Below, one piece after another: positions 1 through 10,277 of a stretch of 64,000 nt of DNA. The notes under the pieces are model-generated. The model was not told the DNA's origin, did not search any database, and worked only from the letters and a program-made list of their open reading frames with translations. The position numbers and the translations under genes were made by a program. Origin of the DNA: an uncultured Candidatus Saccharibacteria bacterium (lineage in GTDB: Bacteria > Patescibacteriota > Minisyncoccia > Phycocordibacterales > UBA12088). The stretch lies in the NCBI GenBank assembly GCA_964562615.1, contig CAZLUD010000001.1:129072-193071 (forward strand), in the 5' to 3' direction. Numbering within the stretch: position 1 is the stretch's first letter; each line of letters starts with the position of its first letter.

Positions 1-45
1 TAGTGTAAAATCTTCGCCAGTAAAGCAACGAGTGGAGAAAGTCAG

Positions 46-606
46 ATGTCTACCCACACCTGCAGTATCACGCAAAGAAGGATGGATGGATTCTGTGGTG
101 ATGATATCAAAACGTATGGAGAACTTGCTAGGTGCGCAATAGAAAGAATTGTCTTATATGACGTACGAGCAATGATAAGCGGCCCAATAACTACGGGCGG
201 AGTCGCATCTAGAGGGGTCACCGACCCCTCAGAAATAACAAGACAAAATCTCGAAATATTCAATTGCGCAATACGGTACGCACAAGCAGTAGCCGATTGT
301 AGTGGCGGACCAAACGTATGGGATCAAATGCCATACGAAAAAGTTATTACAAGATTGGTTGATGATGAGAAATCATCGCCGGATTATGGAGGGTACCCGA
401 TGCGTCTCCTTGAAGAATTTTATTTGCCGGTCTTTAGCGCTGCCAATTTTGCTATTGTCTACATGGTTCCCGGGTGGGAACACTCAACCGGGGCTACGTG
501 GGAGAAAGAAAGACTAGAAGCACTAGGTACCAGGGTAGAGTTTCTGCCCGATGATTTTCTATTACGAGCAGAAAGTTTTGGTATCTACCCAATCACTCTT
601 CGTTAA
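46..606 (+). CDS. DUF4406-like protein (nucleoside 2-deoxyribosyltransferase-like fold) with insertions
   Basis: Motifs ISGPITTGG ... MVPGWEHSTGATWEKERLEALG match my recollection of the DUF4406 pattern (GPMTG ... LPGWE.S.GA..E). 186 aa. Confidence 0.45.
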   Translation: MSTHTCSITQRRMDGFCGDDIKTYGELARCAIERIVLYDVRAMISGPITTGGVASRGVTDPSEITRQNLEIFNCAIRYAQAVADCSGGPNVWDQMPYEKVITRLVDDEKSSPDYGGYPMRLLEEFYLPVFSAANFAIVYMVPGWEHSTGATWEKERLEALGTRVEFLPDDFLLRAESFGIYPITLR

Positions 607-618
607 ACAAATGACGCG

Positions 619-1212
619 TTAGTTTAACGCGGTCATCGCCTTATCCTTGCCATCTCGGACAATTGTCTCGAGGGCAAGGATAATTTTTTTGTAGACTTCA
701 GGCAATACTTCTTTTTCTTTTTTTGAAAATTCACCCAAAATAAATTTTAGTACTGCTTCTTCCCCTTTTGGTTTTTTTATCTTTCCACTTGGTGTAGTGG
801 GTGCAACACCAACACGCACCCGAATAAACTCTTTTGTCTTTACCGCTTTTATAATTGATGCTAATCCATTGTGTCCACCTGCGCCCTTATTAAAGGCGAT
901 CGTGACTACACCAAATGGAATATCAAGATCATCGTACACCACAATAAGCGATTCGGCCTTTTTGGCACTCGTGATAAGTGGCTTTACAGAGCCACCAGAA
1001 TTATTCATAAACGTCTCAGGCAAAAGACAGTCAACCGTGGTGTTGCCTACGGACACGGTTGCGCGTAGTGCGCGTAATTTTTTATCAAGCTTCCACGACA
1101 CCGCTTCGTCACACGACTGCGCAAATGCCATCACGGCATTTCTTCCAGCGTTGTGTCGCGTCATCACATATTCTTCTGTTGGATTTCCTAGTCCTACAAC
1201 AAGCATGTTCAT
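619..1212 (-). CDS. pth: peptidyl-tRNA hydrolase
   Basis: MNMLVVGLGNPTEEYVMTRHNAGRNAV is the canonical Pth N-terminus. Start moved to the internal Met; the ORF-track Met lies further upstream. Confidence 0.9.
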   Translation of the reverse strand: MNMLVVGLGNPTEEYVMTRHNAGRNAVMAFAQSCDEAVSWKLDKKLRALRATVSVGNTTVDCLLPETFMNNSGGSVKPLITSAKKAESLIVVYDDLDIPFGVVTIAFNKGAGGHNGLASIIKAVKTKEFIRVRVGVAPTTPSGKIKKPKGEEAVLKFILGEFSKKEKEVLPEVYKKIILALETIVRDGKDKAMTALN

Positions 1213-1319
1213 ATATGTAGTGCCTTCAGTATACAGAATATGCACACACAGTGCTATGCGACACTTCACCTCCTTGTGTCAACAATTTTTATCACATACA
1301 ATACATCCAATAACATTGT

Positions 1320-2006
1320 ATGGAACCTACATCTCCTGTTACTCATACGTCATCATCTACTGGTACTGATACTGTTCGTGATGCATCGACACTTGTTGAT
1401 ACCCTCACTCCTCCTACTGACATCATCCCGCCAATGGGGCACGATGACTCATTTATAAAAGACGTCATCAAGTATGCGCTTATCGCGCTGGTGATTGTCA
1501 TTCCATTTAGAATGTACATTGCGCAGCCATTTTATGTCTCTGGTGCATCTATGTCTCCCACATTTGAAACCGGCCAATACCTCATCATTGATCAACTCCA
1601 CTACCAATTTAATGAACCGCAACGTGGCGATGTCATTGTATTTAAATACCCTCGTGATCCCTCAAAGTTTTTTATCAAGCGAGTCATAGGCTTACCTGGC
1701 GAGATTGTTGAAGTGCGCGGAAAAGAAATTGTCATAAAGGACAAAGAACATAACGAGCGGTTCTTGCTGCTTGAGCCGTACATAGCAGAAGAGAACTTTA
1801 GGCTTGATTACATCACCACCACCCTCGGAGAAGACGAGTACTTTGTCATGGGAGACAACAGAAAGGCAAGCAGCGACTCTCGTGTCTGGGGACCAGTTTC
1901 TCGTGACCTTATTTCAGGAAAAGCATTCTTGCGCCTTATGCCACTTACCAACATTGACGTATATCCCGGAAAAGAAGTCATCGCCACCTCGCCTATTAGT
2001 AACTAA
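1320..2006 (+). CDS. lepB: signal peptidase I (bacterial Ser/Lys type)
   Basis: GASMSPTF (catalytic Ser box), KRVIGLPGE (Lys box) and GDNRKASSDSRVWGPV boxes are present. N-terminal TM segment. Confidence 0.9.
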   Translation: MEPTSPVTHTSSSTGTDTVRDASTLVDTLTPPTDIIPPMGHDDSFIKDVIKYALIALVIVIPFRMYIAQPFYVSGASMSPTFETGQYLIIDQLHYQFNEPQRGDVIVFKYPRDPSKFFIKRVIGLPGEIVEVRGKEIVIKDKEHNERFLLLEPYIAEENFRLDYITTTLGEDEYFVMGDNRKASSDSRVWGPVSRDLISGKAFLRLMPLTNIDVYPGKEVIATSPISN

Positions 2007-2008
2007 TT

Positions 2009-3193
2009 GTGAATTGCGTTATGGGTACACAAAAGTCCTCACCTGCAGACTTTTTGGCTAAAGCATCAGCAACCGCTCGTCACTATGGATTTGATACGCT
2101 TTCTCGCACCATCGCATCCAATACAACCCTAGAAAAAAAGAGCAAATCATCAGTTGATAAGCTCAAGCAGACCGACAAAAACATAGACGCAATGAGAGGA
2201 GAGTTGGTATCAGGCCTTGAGGCGCTACTAACCAATCGAAGCAAGGTGGATGAGCCTATTTTGTTCTATACATCAAATGCAGACAGTACCAAGCAAAAAA
2301 AGCATTCAACCTTTGGTATCCATGTCGTAGGCGCAAAAGAAAGTTTTGCTGAAGCACTTCTCCTTCGTGTGGGACTATCCATCCTTGAAGATACCGGACA
2401 CAAAAACTACTCCGTACGTATTGGCAGTATTGGCAACAGAGATTCTTCTGCAAAGTACATTCGCGAGGCAGGAAATTTCTTTCGCAGAAACATGCACGCG
2501 CTTTCGCCGCAATTACAAACAATGTTGAAAGAGGATATTTTTCTTGCGGCAGAACACATCATGAGAAAGAAGCATCCACTTCACCTTGAAATGCCAAAGC
2601 CAGTAGAATACCTTTCAACACACAGCAGACGACACTTTCAAGAGGTACTTGAATATCTTGAAAAGGCAGATCTCCCCTACGAAATGAGTGATGCACTTCT
2701 TGGGCACCGCGATTGCTACAGCGAAACCATTTTTGATATACGCCCCACAGACGAACAGGTGCAAAGCCCGCTCATTGCGCGCGGTGGACGATACGATGAA
2801 TTCGCTCGTCGCTATCTAAAAAGCACCGTACCTGCGGTAGGACTCACCTTTATCATAGACGAACCGCTACAAGCACTCCCTGAGCAAAAAAATCATACAC
2901 AAAAAAGCCCCAAGGCATTCTTTATTCACCTTGGAACAGAAGCCCGTCTCAAAAGCATATCGGTAGTAGAGCGGCTACGCAAAGCGCGAGTTCCCTTTGT
3001 CCACTCACTCTCTGGTGGAAGCTTTTCAGACCAACTTGCACGTGCCGAGCGCGAATCTATCCCATTTGCCGTCATTATGGGGCAACGAGAGGCAATTAGC
3101 GATGCGGTGATTGTACGCAACATCATTAGCAGGGCGCAAGACACCATCCCCGTAGAGGCAATCCCCTACTATTTCAAGGAAAAACTAGCATAA
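2009..3193 (+). CDS. hisS: histidyl-tRNA synthetase-like protein (divergent class II aaRS core plus HGPT-type anticodon-binding domain)
   Basis: ARGGRYDEFARRY ... VPAVGLTFIID resembles HisRS motif 3. The C-terminal 100 aa resembles the HisRS anticodon-binding domain. N-terminal motifs 1 and 2 are poorly conserved, with no RPEGT or FRHE. Confidence 0.5.
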   Translation: MNCVMGTQKSSPADFLAKASATARHYGFDTLSRTIASNTTLEKKSKSSVDKLKQTDKNIDAMRGELVSGLEALLTNRSKVDEPILFYTSNADSTKQKKHSTFGIHVVGAKESFAEALLLRVGLSILEDTGHKNYSVRIGSIGNRDSSAKYIREAGNFFRRNMHALSPQLQTMLKEDIFLAAEHIMRKKHPLHLEMPKPVEYLSTHSRRHFQEVLEYLEKADLPYEMSDALLGHRDCYSETIFDIRPTDEQVQSPLIARGGRYDEFARRYLKSTVPAVGLTFIIDEPLQALPEQKNHTQKSPKAFFIHLGTEARLKSISVVERLRKARVPFVHSLSGGSFSDQLARAERESIPFAVIMGQREAISDAVIVRNIISRAQDTIPVEAIPYYFKEKLA

Positions 3194-3253
3194 CCAAATC
3201 CAGCAGGGTACCCATTGCATACATGGTACCTCTGTGATAACTTTGATAGCACT

Positions 3254-3499
3254 ATGGCAATAAACGTAGAAACCACAAAGACAGCAACCGAAAATACCAG
3301 CTCGCTCATGCGACGCTTCACTAAGCGTGTCCAAGGATCAGGTATCCTCCAAAGAGCACGATCACTACGTTTTTTTGAACGAAGTCATTCTACCTTTGTA
3401 AAGAAGCGAAGAGCTCTAAAGACTATTGAGCGCCGAACAGAATTCCAAAAAATGCTTAAAATGGGTCTCAGCAAAGAAGCAGCAAGTAAGCGTCAGTAA
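3254..3499 (+). CDS. rpsU: 30S ribosomal protein S21
   Basis: LMRRFTKRVQGSGILQRARSLRFFERSHSTFVKKRRA matches the S21 pattern (LRRFKR ... FYEKP ... RK). Start taken at the internal Met. Confidence 0.7.
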   Translation: MAINVETTKTATENTSSLMRRFTKRVQGSGILQRARSLRFFERSHSTFVKKRRALKTIERRTEFQKMLKMGLSKEAASKRQ

Positions 3500-3528
3500 T
3501 CCTCTCGAGCACCCTTCTCGCAATCTCA

Positions 3529-3909
3529 ATGGATGTCTCAATAAAAAACCTAACGAGATCTCCTCTTCCTCGTATCGCCTTTAATGAAATCAAGAAAGCC
3601 ATTCTAGGCTCGTCATACGAGCTTTCACTAGTATTTGTCGGTACAACCCGGTCACGTGCCCTTAACAAGCACTACAGAACCAAGGACAAGCCAACCAACG
3701 TACTTGCCTTCCCACTTGATGTTGCTATTGGGGAAGTATTTATTTGCCCCCATGTAGCAGACAAACAAGCACCAGATTTTTCATTGTCAAAAAAGGGCAT
3801 GGTCGCCTATCTCTTTATACACGCCTGCCTCCATCTAAAGGGCTTAGACCATGGTGCGCGCATGGAAGCACTTGAAGCGACCTACATGAAGAAGTTTTCA
3901 ATAACCTAA
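3529..3909 (+). CDS. ybeY: rRNA maturation endoribonuclease YbeY
   Basis: HACLHLKGLDHG is the YbeY HxxxHxxGxxH metal-binding motif. 126 aa. Confidence 0.85.
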   Translation: MDVSIKNLTRSPLPRIAFNEIKKAILGSSYELSLVFVGTTRSRALNKHYRTKDKPTNVLAFPLDVAIGEVFICPHVADKQAPDFSLSKKGMVAYLFIHACLHLKGLDHGARMEALEATYMKKFSIT

Positions 3910-4016
3910 CCAAAGTAGGTTATACACTTTTGCACAGGCACTGAGGACAACGCTATCCGAGTTATAGTGTAGAATACGTGTACCATGCGTCACCATGGGT
4001 TTATGTTGTACATGCA

Positions 4017-5201
4017 ATGGATATCGGTATAGGCAAAAAAATCGTCACTGGCATTGATATTGGCACCTCACACATAAAGGTGGTGATTGCTGAGTACTCA
4101 CAAAAAAACCCAAGTGCCATTCCACACATACTTGGTACCGGCGCCGCTCTCTCTAAAGGACTTCGTCACGGCTACATCATCAATAAAAGCGACACCGGAA
4201 GAAGTATACGCGCAGCGCTTCATCAAGCAGAAAAAGCAGCAGGCGTAAAAGTAAAAAAGGCATACCTTGCCGTAGGAGGCGTAGGGCTAGATGAGGTGCG
4301 ATCAAGCGGAGAAAGCATAACCTCACGAGCTGATCAAGAAGTCACCAGTCTTGATATCGCTCATGCGATTGAAGACGCAGAAGAACGAGTGGCGACAAAA
4401 ATCCAAAACAGAAAAATCCTTCACGTTATCCCGCTTCGATACAGACTTGATGGCGCGCCCGTGTTGGGTCGCCCACTTGGTATGAAGGGTAACAAGCTCG
4501 AAGCAGAAGTGCTCTTTATCACCAGCTTAGAGCAGCACCTTGAAGACCTCATCAGCACCATTGAAGACAGTGGTATTAGCGTCGTTGATGCAATGGCTAG
4601 TCCCCTTGCCGCAAGTTTTGTTACCCTTACCAAATCACAAAAGGTCGCGGGTGTTATGCTTGCAAATATAGGTGCTGAGACTGTATCAGTTGCGGTATTT
4701 GAAAATAATATTCCTATTTCATTAAAGGTATTCCCGATTGGCTCAACCGACATCACCAATGATATCGCCTTAGGGCTCAAAGTATCACTTGAAGAAGCCG
4801 AGCACCTAAAGCGTGGCACGCTTAGCAACTCAGAGCATCCACAAAAAAAGCTTGATCAAATAATCTCCGCTCGTCTTTCAGACATCTTTGACCTCATTGA
4901 TGCGCATCTTTCAAAAATTGGCAGAAACGGGCTTCTCCCTGCGGGCATTATCCTCACCGGCGGAGGCTCTGGTATCACCACTGTAGAAGATATGGCTCGC
5001 GCCACATTAAAGCTCCCGTCAAAGATTGGTCACATCATCGCGCAAAACGGCAATGGGGCTAAGTTTAAAGATTCATCATGGGCAGTATCATACGGACTCA
5101 CCATATGGGGCATGAGCGCTGACGAAGATTCGTTTGGCGTTGAGGTTGCAAAAAAAACCGGGAGCACGCTTATGTCATGGATAAAGCGCTTTTTGCCGTA
5201 G
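4017..5201 (+). CDS. ftsA: cell division protein FtsA
   Basis: GIDIGTSHIKVVIAE is the actin-like phosphate-1 motif. FtsA-like architecture, and it sits immediately upstream of ftsZ. Confidence 0.9.
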   Translation: MDIGIGKKIVTGIDIGTSHIKVVIAEYSQKNPSAIPHILGTGAALSKGLRHGYIINKSDTGRSIRAALHQAEKAAGVKVKKAYLAVGGVGLDEVRSSGESITSRADQEVTSLDIAHAIEDAEERVATKIQNRKILHVIPLRYRLDGAPVLGRPLGMKGNKLEAEVLFITSLEQHLEDLISTIEDSGISVVDAMASPLAASFVTLTKSQKVAGVMLANIGAETVSVAVFENNIPISLKVFPIGSTDITNDIALGLKVSLEEAEHLKRGTLSNSEHPQKKLDQIISARLSDIFDLIDAHLSKIGRNGLLPAGIILTGGGSGITTVEDMARATLKLPSKIGHIIAQNGNGAKFKDSSWAVSYGLTIWGMSADEDSFGVEVAKKTGSTLMSWIKRFLP

Positions 5202-5391
5202 TGGTCACGTGATAGAGCCATAGTATCAACTACATACTCCAACTGCTATACACAGACGCCGTACTGTGTCCTAATAATTTTTTATCTGTTTTGATTGAGT
5301 GACACTATAGAGTTGTGTCAAGTCTTTTCATCCCCACTCCATACTGGTACTATGTCGCTACGTTAATTTACGCCCGAATAGGCCCGAAACC

Positions 5392-6606
5392 ATGAAGCAA
5401 ATCCAACCAGAAGTAGAAGCATTCGCACGTATACGCGTTGTCGGCGTAGGCGGTTCAGGTAAAAACGCGACCAACCACATGATCGACTCCAAAGTTAAAG
5501 GAGTTGAATTTATTGCGGTTAATACAGACGCGCAAGACCTTCATCACTCTCTCGCTAAAAAGAAGATACACGTAGGAAAAAATCTTACCCGAGGACTAGG
5601 CGCAGGAGGTCATCCAGATATTGGCAGAAAAGCTGCTGAAGAAACCAAGGAAGAAATCCTCGATGCACTCAAAGGCTCTGACATGGTCTTTATTACCTGC
5701 GGTATGGGAGGCGGCACAGGCACGGGCGCAAGCGCGGTAGTCGCAAGCGCAGCAAAAGAAATTGGCGCCCTCACCGTGGGGGTGGTTACCAAACCATTTT
5801 CTTTTGAAGGCCAACAGCGCATGCGCATGGCAGAGCAAGGTATCGAAAACCTCAAGAAAGAAGTGGATGCGCTCATTGTGATTCCTAACGACCGACTCCT
5901 TGCCATTGTCGACAGAGACACCAGCGTCAAGAACGCGTTTGCCCTTTGTGACGACATCCTCCTACGAGCAGTTGAAGGTATCTCAGACCTTATTACCATG
6001 CCGGGTATCGTCAACGTAGACTTTGCCGACATTAAGTCAGTTATGGAAAACGCCGGAAGCGCACTCATGGGTGTGGGTATTGCCTCAGGAGAAAAGCGCG
6101 CAGAAGAAGCAGCACATCAAGCTATCAACTCTCCCCTTCTTGAAGTATCTATTTCTGGTGCTAAAGGAGTACTCTTTGCTATTGCAGGAGGTGATGACCT
6201 AGGTATGCTTGAAGTACAAGACGCGGCAAGAGTTATCACCGAATCTATCGACCCAAATGCTCGCGTTATCTTTGGTGCTATTAAAGACGAGAAGCTAAAG
6301 AAGAATGAAATAAAGGTAACCGTTATCGCCACCGGCTTCCCTGAGGGCATGCTCTCAAAGAGCTCTTCTCTCTTTGGTATTTCTGCACCACGCAGAGTAC
6401 AGCACGAGGAGGAGCGCGAAGAGAGAAGCGTTATACACAACTCTCTTGGTGATGTTGCCTCAATGGTAAAGCCTCGCATAGAAAACAAGGAGGAGATTAC
6501 AAATGTCATCCCAGAAGAAAAAAAGGAGAATACCAATTCCACTGATGATGACGATGATGATTGGGGTGCGGTTCCAGCATTTCTTCGAAGAAGCAAGATA
6601 AAGTAG
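5392..6606 (+). CDS. ftsZ: cell division GTPase FtsZ
   Basis: GVGGSGKNA and [10 protein letters not shown] tubulin signature motifs. Acidic/Asp-rich C-terminal tail. Confidence 0.95.
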   Translation: MKQIQPEVEAFARIRVVGVGGSGKNATNHMIDSKVKGVEFIAVNTDAQDLHHSLAKKKIHVGKNLTRGLGAGGHPDIGRKAAEETKEEILDALKGSDMVFITCGMGGGTGTGASAVVASAAKEIGALTVGVVTKPFSFEGQQRMRMAEQGIENLKKEVDALIVIPNDRLLAIVDRDTSVKNAFALCDDILLRAVEGISDLITMPGIVNVDFADIKSVMENAGSALMGVGIASGEKRAEEAAHQAINSPLLEVSISGAKGVLFAIAGGDDLGMLEVQDAARVITESIDPNARVIFGAIKDEKLKKNEIKVTVIATGFPEGMLSKSSSLFGISAPRRVQHEEEREERSVIHNSLGDVASMVKPRIENKEEITNVIPEEKKENTNSTDDDDDDWGAVPAFLRRSKIK

Positions 6607-6627
6607 TATCACGCACAACAAAGAACA

Positions 6628-6663
6628 ACACCAGCTACGTATGGTAGCTGGTGTTTTCTTTTT
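6628..6663 (+). terminator. rho-independent terminator after ftsZ
   Basis: Hairpin acaccagctac/gtagctggtgt followed by tttctttttt. Confidence 0.6.
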
Positions 6664-6665
6664 GC

Positions 6666-7157
6666 TCATAGGAGTTTAAATATAAGAACTATACCAGAAA
6701 GATACGCCAATATTATTTCTGGATGCGGCATACAATGACCCGCCTCCATTCGCATTGCCCGACCTCGGATATCTTGTTCGAGGACAGGTAGCTTTGCCTT
6801 ATTGCAAAGCCTAGCAAGTGAGAACAATGCCTCAGGTGTTATCGAAAGCGGGATAACCATTAACGACAATATATAAGGAACAAAACTAAGAGGTATTTCA
6901 ACAAATAAAAGAGCAGTACTAGCAGTCGCCACCGAAAAATAGCAATTACCAAAAAATGTTGCCGCCGCAAATTCTTTTGCTGTATACAAATACATGCAAA
7001 TGACAGCAGTTGTCAAAAAACTTATTTGTAAAATGAGCGAGGCAATTTCTAGCTCTTGTTTAGAAATTGAAATTGCAATACCACAAAGGAGTCCAATAAA
7101 AACCCTCAGGTAGTCCATTGTTACCCCCACCAGGTTAGACTCCGCGCAAAGTACCAC
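6666..7157 (-). CDS. hypothetical small membrane protein
   Basis: Multiple hydrophobic segments; no recognisable motif. Confidence 0.3.
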   Translation of the reverse strand: MVLCAESNLVGVTMDYLRVFIGLLCGIAISISKQELEIASLILQISFLTTAVICMYLYTAKEFAAATFFGNCYFSVATASTALLFVEIPLSFVPYILSLMVIPLSITPEALFSLARLCNKAKLPVLEQDIRGRAMRMEAGHCMPHPEIILAYLSGIVLIFKLL

Positions 7158-7223
7158 AAAATCTTAACCCACACAATAAGAAAAGGCGACCAGATACGGT
7201 CGCCTTTTCGCAAAAAACTACAT

Positions 7224-7574
7224 CTAGAAAAGAATGTAACAGAGAACTACGCCAATACCCACCACCCAAATCATTGTCTCCGATCTTGAGGAATCGTCTA
7301 AAAATACAATGGTCAGAAATACGACAATCGAAATAGTAGTAATTTTCACCATTACTATTGGGTAGTAAACGAATGCTGTTAGCACCGCTAACAGATACGA
7401 TAATCCTAGCAGCAACAACAATTTGTCTACTTTGAACATTTTTTCTGTAATACCAGCGCACGCTGGTATTACATCTCGTGCCTGCTCCATTTCTAACCCC
7501 TTTGGTTGAGGTTCCCCACTCAATAAACCACCACATGATATACTATGCAAGTACTTACCAATTTCAACCGACAC
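7224..7574 (-). CDS. hypothetical small membrane protein (start uncertain)
   Basis: Hydrophobic ORF. Possible internal starts at M29 or M46. Confidence 0.3.
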   Translation of the reverse strand: MSVEIGKYLHSISCGGLLSGEPQPKGLEMEQARDVIPACAGITEKMFKVDKLLLLLGLSYLLAVLTAFVYYPIVMVKITTISIVVFLTIVFLDDSSRSETMIWVVGIGVVLCYILF

Positions 7575-8498
7575 ATGAAAGATCTAGTAATCATAGGAGG
7601 CGGCCCGGCTGGCACCGCGGCAGGCGTATACGCAGCAAGAAAGAGACTAACCACCGTGCTCATCACTAAAGAGTTTGGGGGTCAAAGCGTAGTCTCAAGT
7701 GATATACAAAACTGGATTGGTACCCCCCATATTAGCGGCGATGCGCTAGCCACCTCATTTACCGCACACCTCAAAGAATACGCAGACACGGTACTTACCC
7801 TCACGACTGGTAAAGTAACCTCAATTACCCCCCTCTCTGGTGGATTTACGGTCACGCTAGATGATGCGAGCACCATAGAAACAAAAACTGTCCTTATCGC
7901 CGCAGGTGCAGATAGACGAAGACTTACTGTACCAGGAGCAGATACGTACGACCACAAAGGTGTTGTGTACTGTGCGTCATGCGATGGCCCTCTCTTTAGT
8001 GGTATGGATGTGGCGGTAATTGGCGGAGGTAATGCGGGATTTGAAACCGCAGCACAACTACTTGCGTATGCTACATCTGTTACCCTTCTTGAATACAACA
8101 CGTCATTCAAGGCGGACACTATTACTGTGGATGCAGTAACTAAACATCCTCAAATGAAGGCGCTCACAAGCGCGCGACTTGATGAAATTACCGGTGACAC
8201 CATGGTAACAGGCATACGCTACACCAACACGATCACAAATGACGTAGTTACCCTGCCTGTTAAGGGGGTATTTGTAGAGATAGGACTCATTCCTAACACG
8301 TCATTTTTGGACGGTGTCGTAGAGCTAGATCACATGAAGCGGGTAAAGATTGACCCACTCACCCAGCGCACCAATGTTGCGGGTATATGGGCAGCGGGTG
8401 ATTGTACCAATGTCCTCTATCACCAAAACAACATAGCGGCAGGCGACGCCATAAAAGCACTTGAGGATATATACCTCTATATCCAAAAAACTGCCTAA
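7575..8498 (+). CDS. trxB: thioredoxin-disulfide reductase
   Basis: MKDLVIIGGGPAGTAAG (FAD GxGxxG), CASCDG redox-active CxxC, and a second NAD(P) Rossmann motif GGGNAG. Confidence 0.9.
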   Translation: MKDLVIIGGGPAGTAAGVYAARKRLTTVLITKEFGGQSVVSSDIQNWIGTPHISGDALATSFTAHLKEYADTVLTLTTGKVTSITPLSGGFTVTLDDASTIETKTVLIAAGADRRRLTVPGADTYDHKGVVYCASCDGPLFSGMDVAVIGGGNAGFETAAQLLAYATSVTLLEYNTSFKADTITVDAVTKHPQMKALTSARLDEITGDTMVTGIRYTNTITNDVVTLPVKGVFVEIGLIPNTSFLDGVVELDHMKRVKIDPLTQRTNVAGIWAAGDCTNVLYHQNNIAAGDAIKALEDIYLYIQKTA

Positions 8499-8564
8499 TC
8501 ACAAATCGTTGACAAATCCTCTGTATCAGGTTTAATCCAAAAAGCCACCTACGGAGTACGTGAC

Positions 8565-8921
8565 GTGGAAATAATTCTCAATCCTTGGTACCCCACCTCC
8601 TCAGTCAGAGGGTTGACATTTGTCTGCGTATCGGCACGTGTACTTCAAGAGTGCCATGCGGTGATTCAAGATCTATATCCACACTTTCAGCCAACAAGAG
8701 GGAGAGAGAGAACGATAATTAAAATTGAATTTTCATTCAATGAAACTCTTACTTTCGACATTGTCGGTATCAATATTCGTTGTAGCATCACCTACCAAAC
8801 AACTGATGAGAAGGGGACAATTCATGCTGATGTAGCATGTTTCAATCAGGCTTTTCTACCGCACCAAGCTGAGGATATCCATCGTGGATTACTATTTCAA
8901 ATTAGACAAAAATTTGAATAG
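8565..8921 (+). CDS. hypothetical protein
   Basis: 118-aa ORF, no recognisable motif. Confidence 0.3.
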   Translation: MEIILNPWYPTSSVRGLTFVCVSARVLQECHAVIQDLYPHFQPTRGRERTIIKIEFSFNETLTFDIVGINIRCSITYQTTDEKGTIHADVACFNQAFLPHQAEDIHRGLLFQIRQKFE

Positions 8922-8935
8922 ACTCCAAAACCAGA

Positions 8936-8982
8936 ATCACCGTACCCCTCTTAAAAAGGTAGGGGTACGGTGATTTTCTTTT
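8936..8982. terminator. bidirectional intrinsic terminator between convergent genes
   Basis: Stem atcaccgtacccct / aggggtacggtgat with T-run ttttcttttc. Confidence 0.55.
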
Positions 8983-8999
8983 CTTTGCGCACTACCCAC

Positions 9000-9233
9000 C
9001 TACTCGCCTACATATTCAAACCGAGGTACTTCCACATCATTTACCACTACGATCTCTGTAAACATGGACAATGGACGTATCCAAAGTGTCCCCTCGGCGT
9101 ATGTTGCAGAGGCGTACTTTGCTGTATATACCACTAATGGCTCCATTGTCTCACTATGCCTCCCAACACCAATAACCTCATACAAATTCCCTTTATAGTG
9201 TCTATACGTCCCCTTCAATAGGTCAAACTCCAT
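9000..9233 (-). CDS. DUF1653 family protein
   Basis: YRHYKGNLYEVIGVGRHSETMEPLVVY ... WIRPLSMF matches the DUF1653 consensus. Confidence 0.6.
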   Translation of the reverse strand: MEFDLLKGTYRHYKGNLYEVIGVGRHSETMEPLVVYTAKYASATYAEGTLWIRPLSMFTEIVVVNDVEVPRFEYVGE

Positions 9234-9234
9234 A

Positions 9235-9657
9235 TTACTTGAATTCATAGTTAGTGGGATTAACATTTTCCTTTAGGAGATTCTGCAACGGAACAAAAAT
9301 ATTTTCTGGAAATTTATTCCACTCAAACCAGTCCCATCCCTCACACTTATGTGGTTCCATTATCTGAACCTCACCAGAATCATACATTGCTCTGACGTAG
9401 CACGTAATATAATGCTTGTTCTCTTCTGCGAAGATATCGTTTGTAAACGTAAACTTTTCAATTTGTTTTATAGTTATTCCAACCTCCTCCATCACTTCCC
9501 TTTTTGCACAATCTTCTATACTCTCACCAAACTCAAGATGACCCCCAGGGAATGCCCACGACCCCTCACCATGCGCGCCCTTTCTTTTACCAAGTAACAC
9601 CTTGCCATCCTTAATGACTATGACACCAACTCCTACTTTTGGTCGTTGCTCATTCAT
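9235..9657 (-). CDS. NUDIX hydrolase
   Basis: Nudix box GGHLEFGESIEDCAKREVMEEVGI (Gx5Ex7REUxEExGU). Confidence 0.85.
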   Translation of the reverse strand: MNEQRPKVGVGVIVIKDGKVLLGKRKGAHGEGSWAFPGGHLEFGESIEDCAKREVMEEVGITIKQIEKFTFTNDIFAEENKHYITCYVRAMYDSGEVQIMEPHKCEGWDWFEWNKFPENIFVPLQNLLKENVNPTNYEFK

Positions 9658-9772
9658 TGTTACGCTCTTTATTGTTGCAAGTAATTCCTACTAATTTTAT
9701 TTATATTATAAATCATATTTCCCTTTCATGAGTTTAATATCGTGAGTCTCGTGGTATACCTTTTACTTCTGC

Positions 9773-9859
9773 GGAGAGGGGGAGATTCGAACTCCCGATA
9801 CCGGTAAGGGTATGCCGGTTTTCGAAACCGGTGCACTAGACCAACTATGCGACCTCTCC
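9773..9859 (-). tRNA. tRNA-Ser (anticodon CGA)
   Basis: Folded manually. Acceptor ggagagg/cctctcc. Anticodon stem ccggt/accgg with loop ttcgaaa. Long variable arm. T-loop ttcgaat. 87 nt, CCA not encoded. Confidence 0.8.
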
Positions 9860-9990
9860 AGTGACTCCTTAAGAAAATAGCATGATATAGCCCAAGACAC
9901 ATCTCCCCTTACCTCTTCTTTTATTTTATGGTATATTTGCCGTGCCGCTTTGGCGGCATTTTATATAGCAATATTTTACAGAATACACTT

Positions 9991-10062
9991 GGCCCTATCG
10001 TCTAACGGTTAGGACAGCGCCCTTTCACGGCGTAAATCGGGGTTCGATTCCCCGTAGGGTCA
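9991..10062 (+). tRNA. tRNA-Glu (anticodon TTC)
   Basis: Acceptor ggcccta/tagggtc. D-arm tcgtctaacggttaggaca. Anticodon loop ctttcac. T-arm cgggg-ttcgatt-ccccg. Confidence 0.8.
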
Positions 10063-10113
10063 CAAATCGGCCGACCGAATACGCGTATGCGTTTCGGTCG
10101 TTGCCGTTTGTAG

Positions 10114-10133
10114 GCACTACGGGGAATCGAACG
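10114..10133. repeat. inverted partial copy of the tRNA-Glu 3' end (T-loop plus acceptor)
   Basis: gcactacggggaatcgaacg is the reverse complement of cgttcgattccccgtagtgc. Compare the tRNA 3' end ggttcgattccccgtagggtc. Confidence 0.7.
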
Positions 10134-10277
10134 ACGGAGGCGGTATACAAGAACCGAAGCGAAGCGTAGGTTGCTTGTCGCCGAGTCGCGACCTAATTTT
10201 TACGACCAAAGGGAGATAAAAATGGAAGTACTCTTTGTGGTGCGACCAGCGTGCTTAGCCATAATGGCTTAGCAAAA

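Noticed and set aside
797-1369. 190-aa ORF
   Set aside because: Antisense to pth; no motif.
5596-6596. Minus-strand ORFs of 80-159 aa
   Set aside because: Antisense to ftsZ; low-complexity translation.
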